A stretch of DNA of 43,175 nucleotides, taken from positions 79,542,758 through 79,585,932 of the forward strand of contig NC_068991.1 in the NCBI RefSeq assembly GCF_001194135.2, given 5' to 3'. This document shows, one piece after another, positions 24,864 to 37,290 of the stretch. Both the position numbers and the translations under genes were made by a program. Below the pieces are notes generated by a model. That model did no database searches and was not told the DNA's origin. It worked only from the letters and a program-made list of their open reading frames with translations. How positions within the stretch are numbered: position 1 is the stretch's first letter; each line of letters begins with the position of its first letter. The stretch is from Octopus bimaculoides (taxonomy: Eukaryota).

Positions 24864-24925
24864 GCAAAGATTTCCCTGCTAACACTAGAAGCTCGCAGCG
24901 ACGATACACAGGCTCCTTAGTTGAC
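24864..24925 (-). CDS. Candidate 62-nt internal exon, STKEPVYRRCELLVLAGKSL
   Basis: Acceptor tattattgacag and donor gtaaat; only one frame is open. Confidence 0.2.
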
Positions 24926-25599
24926 CTGTCAATAATATATCTGAAGCTACAAATTTAGGGTTTGCCACATGCATTAATAATTATCCCCTGTCTTTCTCGC
25001 AATCTCATCTATTACATTCTCTATTTCAACTTCACACTGTCAGCAAATCGAAATGTTGCCGAAGAATGTCTTTTCTGAAAAGCGCTGCAAAAACAAATGT
25101 ACACATGCACGCGCAGCCACATCTCTCCTACACAGACACACACAAACACGTACACACAGACATAAACAAACAAATACACACACACATACACAACTACACA
25201 CATATATACACACATGCGCACACATGGATGTTTCTTTCTCAGTTGTTCAAAAACAAATGTCTAAATAATATAAAGCAAGAAAATAAAACACAAGTACGTA
25301 TATGTGTAAATATATGAATATGTTTGTCCATGCGTGTGTGTCTTTGCACGCACGTGTGTTTGTATACATGGCTGCATTCGAAAACGTAATCCGTGCATCA
25401 CATTCATGCATCCATCCATCCATTTATCGATCCATCCATCTAGCCATCCATCCATTCTTACACACATAGTGCGCATACATACATACTTACATATATACAC
25501 ACATACTTACATGCATAAATACATACGTACATGTCTGTGTGTGTGTGTGTATGTGCGTATGTGTGTGCGTGTGGCTTGCATCTTTATCCTTTACTTGCT

Positions 25600-25960
25600 C
25601 CACTCATTCAACCACAGCCAAGCTGGGGAGTCACCTCGAAGAATTTTAGTCGGACGAATCGGCCTCAGTTCTAATTCATTCGCTTTCTTTAAGCCTAGTA
25701 CTAATTCTATCAAACCATTTTTGCTGAACCGCAAAGTTCCCGGGACGTAAACACCAATATCAGTTGCCAAGGTGTGGTGGGGAATAATCGCACACACACA
25801 CACACACATATATGATTGGGTTCTTTCTGTTTCCGTCTACCAAATCCACTCGCAAGTCATTAGACGTCCCGAAGCTATACAAGAAAACACTTGCCCAGGG
25901 CACCTCGCAGTGAACTGAACTCAGAGCTATGTGGTTTAAAATATAACTCCTTACAATACA
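25600..25960 (-). mobile_element. SINE family B, near full length, with internal (CA)n
   Basis: Head atgtggctgtattgtaagg...ccctgggcaagtgttttctt...gagtggatttggtagacggaaacagaaagaa plus the 3' domain shared with 11283-11540. Confidence 0.85.
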
Positions 25961-26044
25961 GCCACATCTATGTATGTATGTATCTGCATACACACACACA
26001 AATATACATATATATATGCATCATCAATATCTATATGTGTGTGC

Positions 26045-26097
<53 letters not shown>

Positions 26098-26379
26098 TTT
26101 ATGATTTTGTTTTGCACGATTCCAGATGTGAAACCATGTGTTGAAACATATTGTTGTATTTAGGGATGGTCATCCTACCCCCGTGTTTTCTTTTCTGAGA
26201 GCAGGAGGAGATACATGGGATTGAAAGTCACTGAAGAGGTCAGAAGGGTGTACCGAAAGATTCCCTGCCATTGGAATAAAATAAGAACGGTAATAAACAA
26301 ATGAAAAATGAATATATACTGCATTTGTTTATTTGGCAAAAAAAAGATAAAAACCCCCATCCCGAAATATAACATGTTG

Positions 26380-26431
<52 letters not shown>

Positions 26432-26528
26432 NNNNNNNNNNATAAACAAATGAAAAATGAATATATACTGCATTTGTTTATTTGGCAAAAAAAAGATAAA
26501 AACCCCCATCCCGAAATATAACATGTTG

Positions 26529-26583
<55 letters not shown>

Positions 26584-27381
26584 TATGTGCGTGCGTATGT
26601 CTGTGTGTGTGTGCTTGAATTTGTGTATCCATATCATATGGAACTTGCAAACTTTCCTAATTTTATACTTTCTAAAATAATTTGCAGAAATATATTTTGC
26701 TTGCAAATAATATTGGGACATCTGTCGAGTATTAGTATGGCTTTCTTAATCATTAATGCAGACCATAATCACATCAACTGCTTTGCTGGTGGTCTGTCGA
26801 AAGTCTGACAGGCCATACAATATGAAGCTCTAATTCTTCAGCCTAGATTTTGATGAAGACATCTTACAACCAACGATGCAAAGCTCTCGCACGCTTATAC
26901 ACTTACACAGACACATACACGCATATGTTCGCTTACAAAACAAAAGAACAAGAACGAATCGAATCTCGATTAGCTAAAATATGGTTTCTTCTCAAATTTC
27001 ATCATCTAACCGTCAATAGATAACTTTTTTTAAGTATTTTTTTTCATATTTATGCATCATAATATAATAAGATTCAAAGTAGGAAGGAAATGTTTCTACA
27101 TATACGCAAATATATTTATACATGCGTATACACTCACATGTATATATATATATACTTATATACACACACACATATTCACACACAGAAAAACGCATACACA
27201 CTTGCATGTGTATAAGTATATGTGTGTGTGTGTGCGCATATAGAATATGCGTAAATATGTAATATATGTGCACATTTGTGTATGTTTATGTATATGCATC
27301 TATATCTTTATATATGCAAACTCATATATATATATATATATATATATATACGTATATACATAGGTACATACACATAAATAC

Positions 27382-27434
<53 letters not shown>

Positions 27435-28032
27435 NNNNNNNNNNNNNNNNNNNNNNNNNNNNNNNNNNNNNNTACATAGATACATACACACACACACAAA
27501 CATTTATATATATATATGTGTGTGTGTGTGTATGTGTGTAGATAGATAGATAGATAGATATTATACACATACACACATATATATATATATGTATTTTAGG
27601 AGGATCTTCGTAATCAGCTTTGTTGAAGGACGCCATCGTAGTTGTTAAAATAAAAGTGACCTAATACTACACGGTCTTCTGGCCAAAGTATTCTATCTGT
27701 TGTCTGGAAATATCATATTGCGCTTACCACATGCAGGCTGCTATTAGGGAGTAGATCAGCCGTATTTTTCATAATTCGTCTGATATAATTTCTTTTTTTC
27801 CTATACTCCTTGCTCCGTTTTGAACCTCTGCTTTCGCTTTTTCCGTCTTTCTTTTCATCTCTCGTTCCAAGATGGTTATATGATATCAGTAAACTTTCTC
27901 CAGTTTTTTTTTTAAATCGAATACGCTTAGGGATTAATATAAATGACTGAGTAACGATATTTCACAATATTGATATATGGAAGTTGTCATCTTTTACTAT
28001 GATTTTGTCTTCCTTCTTTTGTNNNNNNNNNN

Positions 28033-28110
28033 CGGGTCACTGAAATCGATGTAATCGATTAGCCGCCTCCATAGAAATTCCAGGCCTTGTGTCTATCGTA
28101 GAAAGGATTA
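28033..28110 (+). mobile_element. SINE family A, 3' tail
   Basis: gatgtaatcgattagcc...aaattccaggccttgtgtctatcgtagaaaggattatt. Confidence 0.8.
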
Positions 28111-28329
28111 TTATATAGTTAGTAGTAGTAGTAGTAGTAGAGTTAAAGCACGAGACGGGGAACCATATTTAACGCTGAAGGTATGTACACGCAATCTATA
28201 ATCAGAGAATTAATATTAACTCGATGATTCTGTCTGGCAGTTTTGAATTACGAAATATGCTAAATCTGTTGCACGCTTGCAGCTCACTGCTACATTCTAG
28301 TAAGGTTTTACTTAAATACGGTGTTGACC

Positions 28330-28640
28330 CGCTTCAATTCATTTACGGAGGAGGAGAAGATTTGCTCCTAGCATTGTTAGGAATTAATGAGGTAGAATCT
28401 TAACAGAGCGACTTTGAAATTAAATACTTCTTTCCACCAATGATGTACATTAGCGTCATTCATTACATCAGGCAATAGACTATCAATATCTCAGTGTTAA
28501 ACTAATACGGTTATCATGCACAAAATGGGAAACGTAATAAAATAAAACGCGCATTTCTTGTCTGAACCGTTTGACATAGTTATTTTTTGCCATGTCAGCA
28601 AATCTAGTATTAAGCATCCTAAAGCGAAATATTGAGCAAA
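28330..28640 (-). mobile_element. Probable hAT-superfamily transposase C-terminal (dimerisation) remnant
   Basis: Translation DSLLPDVMNDANVHHWWKEVF...*..*EQIFSSSVNELKRVN resembles the hAT WW....ER.FS....RNRL motif; in-frame stops. Confidence 0.45.
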
Positions 28641-29129
28641 TGAAATAATGCCCGAGATATATTTATCGGAGTTATTTTACTTTTTCTGATGTTCTAATGA
28701 ATGTATTTACTAATTCGATCATACATCGAAACAAAACATGAAAATCCGTTACCATCACGGAAATCTATAAAAGAAATTACAATCCGATCTTGCAGACAGG
28801 CTCGTGCTCATATGTGTTTATGTATATACGTGACATTGTGCAACCTGCAATTCTCTGTGTAAATGTGTTTACATATTTGTAAGCAACGATATTCTTAATA
28901 TGTAACATTAAGGGCGTTCATACAACCATATTTGTCAAAGGTTTTTTAAAATACTTTTCACGCTGGATTACGTGTTCGTTTCACTTTTTGCCATGTGATT
29001 TTATTTTTCCGCTTCTATATAAATGAAGATATTTCCTCCGTCTGGCTGCTTTTCTTTCTACAAAGCAGGAAGTTACATTGCGGAACAGTCAATTTAACGA
29101 GATGTTTTTTATTTATTTATCACCCGACG

Positions 29130-29362
29130 TGAGACATCTACACCGCCAGAAGCTCCTGAACCAGTTGTTGAGTGTCACACCCAAGAGGGATCGATGCTAG
29201 ATGTGTCGAAACAACTGTCGTGATTAATAATGAATTCTCGTATACTCCATCTTCCGTCATTCATATAATAAAAAAATTAATTAATAGATAAAACGTAAGA
29301 AGCATATTCCATATATAAAACATACACCATAAAGCAACCATTAACGACTCAACAAGTATAAT

Positions 29363-29421
<59 letters not shown>

Positions 29422-30170
29422 TATTTGGCTTATCTTACCTTACGACAAAAAGATGAAGACAAATCTTATCAGACTAATCCATTCCATAATAGATAACCAT
29501 TTCTCTTCTAGTAAATACCGTATCATAATTAATAATATCATAAGGATCAGATATTCTATAACAAAAAGCTTATTGAGACATGTATCATCATTGAGACATA
29601 TATCATCTTCATATTAAACTTGATGAGTATTACACAAACAGAAACGATCTCCCTCCAACTAGGAACACAAATAATACCAAAAATGAGTCGATTATACCTA
29701 GACTGAACAAGAGCAGTAATATAGATACAACCAACACATGTAATAATGATGTAAACGTTTTATGTGGCTGTAGAGTTAAGGAAAATTGTAAATTTATCAA
29801 TTACTGTAAACGTAGTATACCAAGCTACATTTGAAACCGAAGGTAAGCATCTCTGTTATGTTGGAGCCACAGCGTGCTACATGAAATCTCGTATCCCTAA
29901 CTATGAAACCTCTTTTAGAAATATTAATAAAAGAAATAGCACAGGTTTTTTTTTTGTAGATCAACAGAGGAAGTACCATGTCTTATCTGGAAACTTAAAG
30001 ATAGTTATGCAACTTATGACATTCGATGGAATGTTCTAAATAATGCTCTACCCTATAGATCACCAGCGAAAACCTCCTCGCTCTGCCTAGATGAAACGTA
30101 TCACATACTAAGCTCTAAGCACAATGTCTTAAATGATAAATCCGGAAAAGTGTACCCATGTTTACATGCA
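29130..30170 (+). mobile_element. Penelope-like retroelement remnant: terminal repeat with degenerate hammerhead, then linker and GIY-YIG ORF fragments
   Basis: IWL..PYDK (cf. IWFNPPYS) at ~29421; NVVYQATFET..CYVGAT...SFRNINKRNST at 29764-29950; SLCLDE..LN.KS...CLHAHK at ~30075-30175; GAAACAACTGTC at 29208-29219. Confidence 0.85.
29365..29418. repeat. (AAT)n microsatellite inside the Penelope remnant
   Basis: Direct inspection. Confidence 0.97.
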
Positions 30171-30872
30171 CATAAATATACTTTTTACAAATTTATATAA
30201 TCATATAATTGTTTTCCAATACATATTATTTCACTATAGTATACTAATAACATGCAATGCATTGGTTATATTACTTTATATATAAACTTAACTTCTTCCT
30301 ATTGTGCATACACTCCATTCTGACCACATCTTTAAAGAAAATCTTACTGTTTAATGTTCAAGTGGAATTATTAGCATTTAAAATACCATCTATATATTAT
30401 TGAATAACATTATTTCTTATTGGACGCATATTTATAAGCCCCATTTTTACCCCCATATTGCTTAATTAACCCTTAATGCTGATATTAAATGTTTTAATTG
30501 TGAACTTTATATATTTAATCTCAAACTTATCTTATGATACAATAATATAATATCCCCTCCATTGCTAACCCCACCATACTTATACTCCATATATAAAACC
30601 ATATCCCCTATCTTTATTTCCATTAATTTAATTAACTCACCTATAATCAATTTTTATTTAAACTCCAAAACTAAATCCCAAACTCTATTATCAATTTATT
30701 CTTAACTCTATGCAATAATATATAATATCCTCTTCTTGATCAATTCCAATATTTTTTCCTCCATATCAATATATAAACCAGCATTGAAATTTTAAATAGC
30801 ATATTCAATATCTCACCAATGAAATTTTTTCATATTAAAGATACACAGCATATTTTTTAATTCATGATATTA

Positions 30873-31053
30873 GCGGCGAGCTGGCAGAAACGTTACCAAT
30901 GTTATAATGCTTTGCAGTATTTCGTCTGCTGATACGTCGACTTTGCCTTTCATCCTTTCGGGGTCGATTAAACAAGTACCAGTTACGCACTGAGGTCGAT
31001 GTAATCGATTTAATCTCTTTGTTTGTCCCCTCTATGTGGGCAATAAAGAAATA
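30873..31053 (+). mobile_element. SINE family A with internal deletions
   Basis: gcggcgagctggcagaaacgtta...gtcgactttgcctttcatcctttcggggtcga...gggcaataaagaaata. Confidence 0.92.
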
Positions 31054-32245
31054 GATATCAGCACGTTTGTTTATTAAAACAATGCTCATATAAACCATAT
31101 TTAATACCATAATATAAATATTAATTTAATCCATTGATCTCTCACATTTGAAATATAACATTCAAAAGCTCTAATACCAAACTTATCTCAAATTTATAAG
31201 GTAATACCTATTCCATTGTTAAATCGAATATACATATATATATATACAAAAGTAGATTACTAGTTATTACTATTATAAGATACATTACATTTAAAATGTT
31301 TTCACTAACAAATATAAATTCCTCTCCAAAGTAAGTGTAATATAGTATTTTTATATACTCGATACCTTTTCTTGTATAACATTCTAAACACAACATCGTA
31401 ATACAATATAAACAATTTTTCCCTTTTTCTATTTTATTACTTAATCTATTTTTTGCATCGTATACCCCACATAAAATTATATATGTTTTTCTCCCACTTT
31501 TCTCCCATTTCGTGTCTATTCGTTTTTTCCTTCTCATAAAATCTACTTTTTTTCTCTCTGTTCATTTATATTTTTTCGCATATATATTTACATTCATCTC
31601 CGTAGAACGTAAACAATAACTTTTTTCTGAATATTGGATGCTATTAGTTAGTTCATAGAATTGATAAATGATTAATAGTTATTATAGTGTTTATAGAGTT
31701 ATTTAACAAAATTATTTATGTCTTTATCCCTCAAAAATCTATTTCATCTTTCATTGTGTCTTTAATACCCTTAACAGTCCATATCACCCCAGATTATAAT
31801 CTAATGACTTATTTATGTCCCTTAATCACTTATATGTATACATATATATATTTCATTACAATATTCTAGCAAAATTTCAATGTATATCTTCTCGCATGAA
31901 CTCGGCGTCCTAATAAAATATTGTTTACGCTTGAATATTTTAAAATACAGTCCTGAAATATCTCTATTTCGTTATTCAACAAATGAAAGTACACATCTAT
32001 CTCTGACGATATCCGATTAAATGTGTTTTTTTCTTTTTTACATCTAAAACGGTTTGAATGCTTGTAATTCAAACCTAAATCCGGATTGAAACATATGTAG
32101 GATTTTTTCGTTACTTCTTTGGTTATTTCTTTTGTTGCTCAGCCCCCCCCCTATATCCTGAATCTTATATGCATTACTTTTTCATTGTGATACTAATAAA
32201 TTTAACCAAGTATTCAATATATATTTTCCTTCTACATTTTCTTTT

Positions 32246-32291
<46 letters not shown>

Positions 32292-32583
32292 CACACATAT
32301 ATATGATCACACGCATACACACACACACAGATACATATACATATATATCGTTTGTACATATACATACATCCGGAAGAGTAGCACACTCTAAGATGAAGAG
32401 CAGTTAATATTATAATGGGGGAGACTGGCTTATAGGATCACCCTGCGTTTCTCGCTCATAAGGGGTTTAGCCTTACGACGTATCTTTAGAACCCAGACAC
32501 AGCTGGCCTAAGACCTCTGCAAAATATGGAGGGGGAAAATGCCTCGCTCTAAAAGTAAACACTAGGTGATTAACGCCCTTTAC

Positions 32584-32593
32584 CATTAGCCAT
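32584..32593 (-). CDS. Candidate first coding exon (M-A-N plus phase 1)
   Basis: ATG followed after 10 nt by donor gtaaag, downstream of the promoter motifs. Confidence 0.35.
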
Positions 32594-32680
32594 CGAACTT
32601 CGGCCGCACCGCCATCTTGCGGTCACCAAAAAACCACAAAGATAAACGATTGTTACCCTTCGGCCTTGCCTATTGGTTTC
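32584..32680 (-). promoter_or_regulatory. Promoter/first-exon-like region: CCAAT box, YY1-type AAGATGGCGG motif and splice donor
   Basis: Minus strand AACCAATAGG at 32677-32668; AAGATGGCGG at 32618-32609; ATG GCT AAT G|gtaaag (ATG at 32593, donor at 32583-32578); locally GC/CpG-richer than the flanks. Confidence 0.55.
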
Positions 32681-34475
32681 GGCTGTAGCGTCGCATTGTG
32701 GTATTTATTAATAAAATTATCTTCATTGGCTTCTCAGAAATGTTCATTATCTGTCCAGGGGAAAATATATAATGCCCTTCTTTGACAGGGGTCACAGAGC
32801 TATAAAGGCTAGGCACTACTGCTGTAGACAATCTATTAATAACACTAATATAGTGGTTGAAATACATTATGAATCAGTTGTAATAAGAAGTAACAAATAT
32901 ATGTAATCATTCTTGGTCAATAGTATTAAAAGAGATCAAAGAATTTTGGTTTTTTGTTTTCATTTCATTGCACTGATGTCAATACAGATATTTATATTGA
33001 TTTTCATTTTAGATCTTCAGTGAAGGTTAGGTTTATGAAAAAATTATTTTCTAGAAGATCTTTTTATATAAAATATTACAAGGATGTTTAGAAAGTATAT
33101 CTGTTATCCGCGAAAAAAAATAATAAAATCGTATAAAATAACATTTTTTAGTTTTTATCAAAGTTAAGTTAATTTCAGTATAATGACGTATAAAAATATG
33201 TCCTACCTTATAATTATTGAACACTAGAGGAAAAATGGGTAAATTGTTATATATCGATTGATTTCCTACAGAGATACAAAACTAATTTTTAGAGAGAATG
33301 ATTATGTTGGATAGTTAAAATAACTCCAATATTTTTGTCATCCAATACGTAGAGACTGGTATGTAAGTTGAGTCAACGTTTGTTGTTTGTAACCGCAGGA
33401 ATTATGAAGCTGAACCGAAAATTCTATAATTCTTTTAGTTCTGTGCTCTGCTGCCTATCCTACTTTTGTAACTAGGAAATACCATATATTACCATTTTCC
33501 TATGAAAAATTTTATGCTGCGGTATTCTTCAATGATTTTATATTAGTTTCTCTAGATTATTTCAATCAGTTTATGCAGAAATCATTTTCTGAGCCATATC
33601 ACATTCAGTGCAATTATATAATCTGTAACTAAATATAGTAATTATAAAGAAATTTAATATTAATTCAAAAGAATTGATGTATTAAATAAGCTCTCATTAC
33701 TTTATAATTACAATCTTTATTTCTTTTACATAACTAATGTATATATTTAATTGTAGTGTGTTCTGGTCAATTCGCGATGCAAATCATTAAACATTTTGTA
33801 AATGTCTGTGAATAATAAAGCCATTGCAAGTTGGAAATGGCTAAATTCTTCGTTCTTGGCTACGCATTTCTCGTATGCCCTTTTCTGTGTACTAGAGTTT
33901 AGGATGTGTATATGTTTTGCCAGGATTTCAACATCAGCCTAACTAAGTGTATTTTGAGATAATTTTGATTATTTTCTATAAACACAAATATATATCCTTA
34001 TATATTGTGTCACAGGATTATTAGAATAGAAAGAACAACAGGTTTTTTATCGAAGTAATTGTCTAAGAGAATCCGAAGCACCTTGCTTTAGGTAAAACGA
34101 TGCATTTTTCATTAAATTTCGATATTGGCAAATTTCACGATTGACTACAGATGTTTATCATAATCTTTACATACATTTTAAGGCTTTATGATATAATGGC
34201 TCAGAAAATTTTACTTTTCCTTATTTTACATGGAAGTTGATGTATTTTATTATAGGTAGTATTAATCACATATGAGTGTGAATATATAAATATTACTCTC
34301 AGAGTGTTTCGGTTCTGACTGATATTGGCATAAATTTCTAATACAAATAATCAAATAACAAGATATTTTTTCCAATGTTGTCATTCTGTTAGGTCAAGAT
34401 CCATTCCGAGCAAATTGACACTTATCGATTAAACCAGCTTCAGTATGATATATTATTTAACACATGACAGAATAG

Positions 34476-34663
34476 ATGCTTCCAGAAGACGAAATTCATG
34501 AAATTATCAACAAAATGAATAGCAAGGCCAAAGTGAATATTCATTACCAAATGTATAATTTGTCGAGGATATATTTTTGTAGGACCTTGATTCAAAATAT
34601 ATTAACGGCATCCGGTGGAGAAATATTTGTATCGAAGATATGGTTGCTGAACACTGTTCATAA
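34476..34663 (+). CDS. Candidate spliced small ORF (34476-34532 + 34583-34663): MLPEDEIHEIINKMNSKAK/DLDSKYINGIRWRNICIEDMVAEHCS*
   Basis: 50-nt gtgaat...tttttgtag intron joins two open segments in phase 0; no family recognised. Confidence 0.25.
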
Positions 34664-35115
34664 AGTTACAGCTCTATATTACATTTCATTGCAAGATGCG
34701 ATTTTAATATTTCTTTTATTTTACAATTTTTTCTTTACTGATAGTGAGTTGTATGAAACATTATTGAGGATAAGTGCTAAAACGTAGCAATATATTAATA
34801 GAACATGTTTATTATTATATTTTGATTTGTACATTAATATATATACGTCTACGAGAGCCTCTAGGTAGACATGATTATAGACATAACTAATGCGCGATTT
34901 AGTTTCAGGTCTCAGATTTTATTTTAGACATAATTAATATTAGCTTGCTCCACTGCTGACAAAAATCAATATTTGCTTGAAAAATGTCTCTTCGTTATGT
35001 GTTCGTCTGAGTGTGTGTATGTATGTGTGTATGTATGTATGTATGTATGTATGTGTGCGTGTAAGTATAGTGCATATTTACACAGATATACACACACACA
35101 CACACACACACACAT

Positions 35116-35146
<31 letters not shown>

Positions 35147-35197
35147 NNNNNNNNNNNNNNNNNNNNNNNNNNNNNNNNNNNNNNNNNNNNNNNNNNN

Positions 35198-35250
<53 letters not shown>

Positions 35251-37185
35251 AAGAGGAGGCTACCTATAAATGGTGGTTGTTGTGCGTGTGTATGATGGAG
35301 ATGTAGATGTTAGAATGTCGAATGAGTGTCTAAAGAGTGAATCTGTGTTGATATTTAGCTCCGTACCTGCTAATTAAATTCTGACCAACGTCAAGGCTGT
35401 CATGTAAAACTTATAGGGTCAAACCAACGCTAAATGCTAATCCATTATGGGCAGGGGTTGATTTAGGTGACTATGGCCATGTGCAATTAATCCATTACAT
35501 GACATAAATATAACTAAAGTGAAATTAGATCAATTTTCTTTCTATGTAACACCGCTAGTGTTAAATTGCTTGACACCTTTAAAAAGGCATTGGGTTGAAA
35601 TAGCCCAGTTAAAAATGACGGAATTCTAAATTATTGCGTACTACTTTTTAGCGTAACGCGAAAACTGTGATGACTGAAGCAGTTCTATGTAAATTCAAGG
35701 ATGGTTCAATGTTCATATTACTTTCAATCTATACAATATTAAGCAAAACATTAACTGAACCATTGTTATCACATTTCAAGATAGACATTTAGTTATGAAT
35801 ACAACCAATACTATGAAGACACTATTTTAATAATGGTAGCCGAGAGAACATGAAATATTACATAAAGGCTTTATGTATTTGTATCGTAATATAATTTGTG
35901 AGCAAGTCTAATAATATTTATTTTATTAGCTTTTTACGATGCAGTTGTCTATTGAATACATATTATTTATACAGAAAGATAAAACAGAGATGCGCAGAGA
36001 TATTTGCTTTGTGTGTATCACTTTCTTTTGTTTTTATGTGTGTATTCGTTTGTGTGAGTGTATTTCCATATCCCTGAGTGTTATGTAGATAACTTAAGTA
36101 AATGGAAATACTAACATTAAAGAAAATTCTTAGAGAAGCATGCTCTGCGTGTATTGAGGGTTTCTCCACGGGAATCCTAAGGAAGTCACGATCCCAAAAA
36201 TGTTCTCAGATAATTTGGGGCTTGTGATTGTACGAATTTTTCGCCCGTAGAATAAAGTACAATGAAATTAATGGGCGACCTTTGATTCAACCATATATTT
36301 CTGGAAGATACATTAGTCTTTATTACGTTTGTGTAGTTCGTCCTTCCCTCATTTACGCTTTGTCTCCTTTGATCTACCTTTTTGACGCGAGTAGAATGTC
36401 TGTGTTATATGTTAAACAGGATAATGAAACCATAACGGTTTCGTCCAGCCAGTCTTATTATATTGATTATTATCATCCGCGTTTCAAAAGAAATAAAAAT
36501 TAATACCTAAACGGTATATTACGGCAGAATCAAACATGTCGCATTTAAAGTCAAATGTAATTCATCAAATGTGTCTGCCTTCATATTCATGTACTTTGTT
36601 TTGATCAGAAGTTGAAATGCATTTTGTTTTTTAACAAAAAAAAGTGATGGTGAATGAAAGAAACTTTTGTGTAAACTGTTCACAAGTCATCTATCGATTT
36701 CTAGTTGCTGGTGATTGTCAATTATTTCTTAGGCGCAGGTTAAACATGTTACTTCCTCTCTTGACCTACAAATAAACCCAGATAAAGTTGCAGTGATTCC
36801 TAATTTGCGCTGATGTAATTAGGTGTTCTTTGAATTCTATCTAGCTGTTCAAAGTATTATTTATAGAGAAGTAAACTAGATACATTATATCTTACCCACT
36901 TTCCTTCCTTTTTGAAGTCGTCTGTATTTGAGAATTTCATGAAAGTATTTAAGTTCTTAATTTATAATTTAAATTTTTGGCTCTGTATAATTTCCCAAAT
37001 TCATTACAGATACTAAAATTAATGGAAAGTGAATAAAAAAGCAGATAGTAAATTAAAGTGATCAAAATGTTTGGACTCATATATACACAGATGTAAACAG
37101 TAACTTAAGATGTCAAAATTCAGTTTGTTTAATACACACACAAATACACATACATACACACAAACACATCACGCATGCACGCACG

Positions 37186-37219
<34 letters not shown>

Positions 37220-37290
37220 TACACAAACGACGGGCTTCCTTCAGTTTCCTTTTACCTAATCCTCTCACAAGAATCTGTCTACCCTACACA
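37220..37290 (-). mobile_element. SINE family B fragment
   Basis: acgacgggcttccttcagtttcc..tacctaatcc.ctcacaag, homologous to 25810-25855. Confidence 0.7.

Noticed and set aside
26231-26280. CTGAAGA-ggt…acc-GAAA hammerhead-like core
   Set aside because: Only a 3-bp stem II, no U16.1-H17 site in register and no stem I; at best a heavily decayed copy or chance
26292-26580. Exact ~140-bp direct duplication flanking a 10-N gap
   Set aside because: Same assembly-artefact signature, next to (TG)n
28224-28403. Plus-strand 59-aa ORF with ankyrin-like LLHACSS…KVLLKYGVDP
   Set aside because: Single partial repeat without splice support; the opposite strand explains the region better as a hAT transposase remnant
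30450-31560. 109-aa minus-strand ORF (31208-31537) and adjoining purine-rich tract
   Set aside because: Low-complexity, possibly decayed LINE sequence; no diagnostic motif to support a gene or a firm element call
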